A DNA stretch of 64,000 nt. Source: Marsupella aquatica (taxonomy: Eukaryota; Plantae; Marchantiophyta). The stretch is from positions 8,249,241 through 8,313,240 of the forward strand of contig OZ316899.1 of the NCBI GenBank assembly GCA_973895155.1, read 5' to 3'. This document shows, in pieces, positions 62,522 through 64,000 of the stretch (position 1 is its first letter; every line of letters begins with the position of its first letter). Both the position numbers and the translations under genes were made by a program. The notes beneath the pieces were generated by a model that was not told the origin of the DNA, searched no databases, and was given only the letters and a program-made list of their open reading frames with translations.

Positions 62522-64000
62522 TTACTGAAAACAATCTAACTGAATGTGGGAAACGGGGTCTGTGGAAAAATCCTTTAAACACCTTTGTGTTGAAGACAAA
62601 ATTGCATCCAGGGTGGTAGATGATAGTTGGAATCCTGGTGACCCGCTCACAACCTTTGTTGGTACAAGTCCAAACTTGATGTGTACCACAGAGGACACAT
62701 CCACATAACTCAGGCTAGACTTCTGAAATCTAACAAAGCTATAATTCCGTGAGGTGCCATACTGTTGATACCAAGTGCCAGCCAACACTCTATCACCCTT
62801 CAAGAATTTTGCACCATACTCATCAGTGAAGTCTGCTTCAACAACGGCAGCCAAATTTGTGCACAACAAAATGTAAAATTCTGCATTCCAGACATTCCCT
62901 TCCTCAGCTAAAACAACAAAGTAGTCACCAACTTCAACTAGATCTCCAAGGTTATTATCATAGTCAAAATTGTCTGCATCAAGGCCATCATGCATGTCTC
63001 GTATCACGGTAGCAATCTCTCCTGGCTGCAATGGAAATACATGGTCGACATCCCATGGTAGGACCCATGCTTGATTCTCACAAGTGCTATGATTCTCTGC
63101 ATCCACCACACATTCCTCACAAAAACATGCTAATTCATGGCATTTCAGCATCATTGGATTCTCTTTGTTGTATCCCAAGAAGCAATGCATTTGCCTAATA
63201 CCCTTGATAGGCAAGCATTCACTTGTCTGACTTCTCTGAACTTCCTGCACTCCTATCTCCCAAAAGAAACGTCTAACTCCTTGTTTCTTATCATACTCCC
63301 TTTCCCTCCCCAAGCAAAAGCATTCCTTCAAGAATGCCACAACATCCTTTGCACCCTCCATTGGATGCCCTCCTTTTGTTCATAATTGTTCCTTTCAAAG
63401 AGCACTCTTCACACCACCTCCAAGACCATCCTGTGCAATCAAACAGGGGCAGGACAGTACCAAAAAAATTATGGTAAGATCACCAAACTCGAGAAATTAA
63501 TGCAAAATGCATGGGCAAATGTAAAAACATCAAGCATAAATGAAGAGTGCACAAATAAAACAACTTAGGCTTGCCAATTAGTTAGAGTGAAAAAATACAC
63601 TTGTACACCTTTCCCATGCCCCGAGGCATGAAAACACCACATCATCCTTGCTCTATATTTGTGGTAATACTTGGCCACATACAAAAATGGCCGACAAGCC
63701 TTGAATTGAGCCGCACACCCATCAGACCACATGATGTGGTTGTTTACAAGGAAACCCTACTCTTGCATCCACTCCCAATGAAAGTCCAAGCAATGTTGGA
63801 CAAAGAAGGTGTCATGGCTATTGTTGTCAGAAATGAAAAAATGGTAATCAGCTTCAATGAACCTGGCAATTCTCTTACCATTTGTGTAAAAAACAATGGG
63901 GTCATCTTCCTCCTTATCGTGCTGATGCCGGTATGTGATTAGCACAAGAATTGTAATCTGTCGATTGTCCCAATGAAGACTCTGCACCTCATCCTGTACT
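62522..64000 (-). pseudogene. Sola-like (probably Sola2-type) DDD transposase remnant; intron ~63432-63600; 5' part outside the window
   Basis: QSLHW...QITI...HFFISDNNSHD...WSDGCAAQFK...ASGHGKGVQ|DGLGGGVK...GIRQMH...ACFCEEC; in-frame stops. Confidence 0.7.

Overview
Eukaryotic, land-plant-type repeat region (spliceosomal GT-AG introns, interstitial TTTAGGG, plant tRNA-type primer-binding sites; bryophyte-like by my recollection of similar proteins, not verified). It is made almost entirely of nested, decayed transposable elements, with no intact host gene, RNA gene or CRISPR array. Main architecture: (1) non-chromovirus Ty3/Gypsy element A (<=1846..21818, +), inserted into a ParB/Srx-like gene and itself interrupted by a CACTA-type non-autonomous element, a 4.77-kb solo LTR (family X) and an internally deleted Gypsy (B). 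(2) Four copies of family X, a TG...CA unit about 79% filled by one ~1250-codon ORF (plant-transposon/PMD-like domain plus coiled coil). Copy 2 has a perfect 5-bp TSD, and copy 4 runs directly into a PBS and gag-protease, so X is a protein-coding LTR. Element A's own LTR carries a diverged homologue of the same protein. (3) Three GCM-type Mutator-like transposase remnants and two intron-sharing ParB/Srx-like (DGNHR) genes, with clusters of a TAGCGC-N3-GCGCTA palindrome. (4) A fungal-type OrsD/DUF3505 plus tyrosine-recombinase-like remnant, a RING gene remnant, an RPA1-C-like OB-fold remnant split by a MITE, and a Sola-like transposase remnant. The best candidate for an undescribed system is the gene-carrying giant LTR lineage; the second is the Mutator-linked ParB-like gene with its palindrome array. 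All domain names are from motif recognition by eye; no searches were run.
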